Assembly: GCA_035531495.1 (NCBI GenBank)
Contig: DATKSU010000006.1
Location: forward strand, 1,821-65,820
Direction of reading: 5' to 3'
DNA length: 64,000 nt
Source of the DNA: Minisyncoccota bacterium
GTDB lineage: Bacteria > Patescibacteriota > Minisyncoccia > Phycocordibacterales > Phycocordibacteraceae
The notes under the pieces are model-generated. The model did not search any database. It saw only the letters and a program-made list of their open reading frames with translations, and had not been told where the DNA came from. This document shows, one piece after another, positions 62,880 through 64,000 of this stretch; position 1 is the first letter of the stretch, and each line of letters begins with the position of its first letter. The translations under genes were made by a program, and so were the position numbers.

Positions 62880-63032
62880 CTATTGGCCGAGAGAGGCGTA
62901 TTGCCCTGCCTCGCTGCCGAACGTGAGGGCGGTGACATTCGCGTTCGCGGTATGGATGATGATGAGCGACGCGCCGGCGCCGGCGACGGTGATGATGAGT
63001 ATGGCGAAATACGTGTTTATCTTCTCTTTCAT
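62880..63032 (-). CDS. small hydrophobic peptide (50 aa) immediately downstream of the transketolase subunit gene
   Basis: Its ATG is 3 nt after the tkt stop. MKEKINTYFAILIITVAGAGASLIIIH is a TM helix. The ORF is below the track cutoff. Confidence 0.3.
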   Translation of the reverse strand: MKEKINTYFAILIITVAGAGASLIIIHTANANVTALTFGSEAGQYASLGQ

Positions 63033-63035
63033 ATG

Positions 63036-63989
63036 TTATGCATTATGCACGAGCGCGCGGGCGGCTTCCGCGATGTGCGCCGCGTCGAGCCCGTAGTGCG
63101 CGACGAGCTCGTCGGGATCGCCAGACTGCCCGAACCGGTCCTGCACGCCGACGCGTGTGAGAGGAACCGGGTGGCGCGCGCTCAAGAATTCCGCGATAGC
63201 GCCGCCGAAACCGCCGGCCGCCTGGTGCTCTTCGACGGTGACGACGCGCCCGGCGCGCCCGGCTGCGGCGAGCACGGCGGCTTCATCGAGCGGCTTTACG
63301 GTCGGCACATGGAGGACGACCGTCTCGAGACCTTCGTCCGCGAGCGCCTTCGCGGCGCGCAGCGCTTCGTATGAAAGCGATCCGGTCGAGAGGATTGCGA
63401 CCTGCGGATTTTCCGAATCCCAGAGCGTGAGCGCCTTCCCGATGGAAAACGGCGTATCGGGCGTCGTGAAGACCGGTGTCGCCGAACGCCCGAAGCGCAG
63501 GTAGATCGGGCCACCGTGCTTCGCGGCCGCGACGACCGCCTTCCGCGCCTCCTCCGCGTCGCCCGGTGCGATGACGATCATGTTCGGCAGCATCCGCATG
63601 AGGCCGATATCCTCGAGCATCTGGTGCGTCGCGCCGTCGGGGCCGACCGAGACGCCGGCGTGCATGCCGCAGACCTTCACATTCGACTCGTTGAGCGCGA
63701 TAGTCGTGCGGATATGCTCGTAATTCCTCCCGGGGTTGAAGGCGGCATAACTCGCGATGAAGGGCACCTTGCCGGCGGCCGCGAAGCCCGCGCCAAGCGC
63801 GGCCATGTTCTGCTCGGCGACGCCGACTTCGATGAAGCGTTCCGGGAACTCCTTCTCGAACCATTCCGCGCGCGTCGACTCGGAGAGGTCGGCGCAGAGC
63901 ACCACGACGTTCGCGTCCGCCTTCCCGGCTTCCACCGATCCGTGTCCGAAGCCGTCGCGCGTCGGCGCCGTCTCGACGCCGTCAGTCAA
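63036..63989 (-). CDS. transketolase C-terminal subunit (pyrimidine-binding plus C-terminal domains)
   Basis: FIEVGVAEQNMAALGAGFA and GATHQMLEDIGLMRMLPNM motifs. The N-terminal subunit gene presumably lies beyond the window. Confidence 0.8.
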   Translation of the reverse strand: MTDGVETAPTRDGFGHGSVEAGKADANVVVLCADLSESTRAEWFEKEFPERFIEVGVAEQNMAALGAGFAAAGKVPFIASYAAFNPGRNYEHIRTTIALNESNVKVCGMHAGVSVGPDGATHQMLEDIGLMRMLPNMIVIAPGDAEEARKAVVAAAKHGGPIYLRFGRSATPVFTTPDTPFSIGKALTLWDSENPQVAILSTGSLSYEALRAAKALADEGLETVVLHVPTVKPLDEAAVLAAAGRAGRVVTVEEHQAAGGFGGAIAEFLSARHPVPLTRVGVQDRFGQSGDPDELVAHYGLDAAHIAEAARALVHNA

Positions 63990-64000
63990 TACTTTCTCCG

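Overview
High-GC (~67%) bacterial chromosomal segment with a streamlined housekeeping backbone, mostly on the minus strand. Features such as a short RpoB (~1058 aa), a short SMC (734 aa), a ThrRS lacking N-terminal domains, giant Ig-repeat surface proteins and a sortase are consistent with, but do not prove, a Patescibacteria/CPR-like organism.

Backbone genes: hisS, a DEDD exonuclease, a DsbA-like protein, a PD-(D/E)XK nuclease, and a colinear rpoB-rpoC-dnaG-rpoD block. Further along are trmD, a KH protein, rpsP, rnr, smc, a YbjQ-like gene, rnc, a NusB-NUDIX fusion, rpmF, rnhB, dnaE and thrS. Then come gyrB, folB, pheST, tRNA-Thr(UGU), tsf, rpsB, prfA, rpmE, rplY, a class I aldolase, a PfkB kinase and a transketolase subunit.

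Accessory content is concentrated in 28.5-33.3 kb and 41.7-60 kb. It includes a sortase next to a 1056-aa Ig-repeat surface protein with poly-Gly linkers, a Cys-rich secreted protein, three PaaK/F390-synthetase-like adenylating enzymes, an Stf0-type sulfotransferase, and a GT2 synthase.

The most notable finding is a putative RiPP (TOMM/LAP-type) cluster at about 54.0-57.9 kb. It has a small ORF with a microcin-B17-like Gly/Cys/Ser-rich tail, and is divergently flanked by a YcaO cyclodehydratase-like gene and a SagB-type FMN dehydrogenase gene. No E1-like partner is visible.

Also notable are a two-copy ~135-145 nt intergenic element whose closing stem shows compensatory base changes (putative structured ncRNA), and a duplicated ~55-bp upstream motif in front of two small Cys-containing ORFs between rnhB and rpmF. 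Many genes carry TATACT-like -10 boxes 6-11 nt upstream of the ATG with no Shine-Dalgarno, which points to leaderless mRNAs.

All CDS coordinates follow the supplied ORF track, with starts adjusted by frame arithmetic. Hand-derived coordinates for non-coding features may be off by 1-2 nt.
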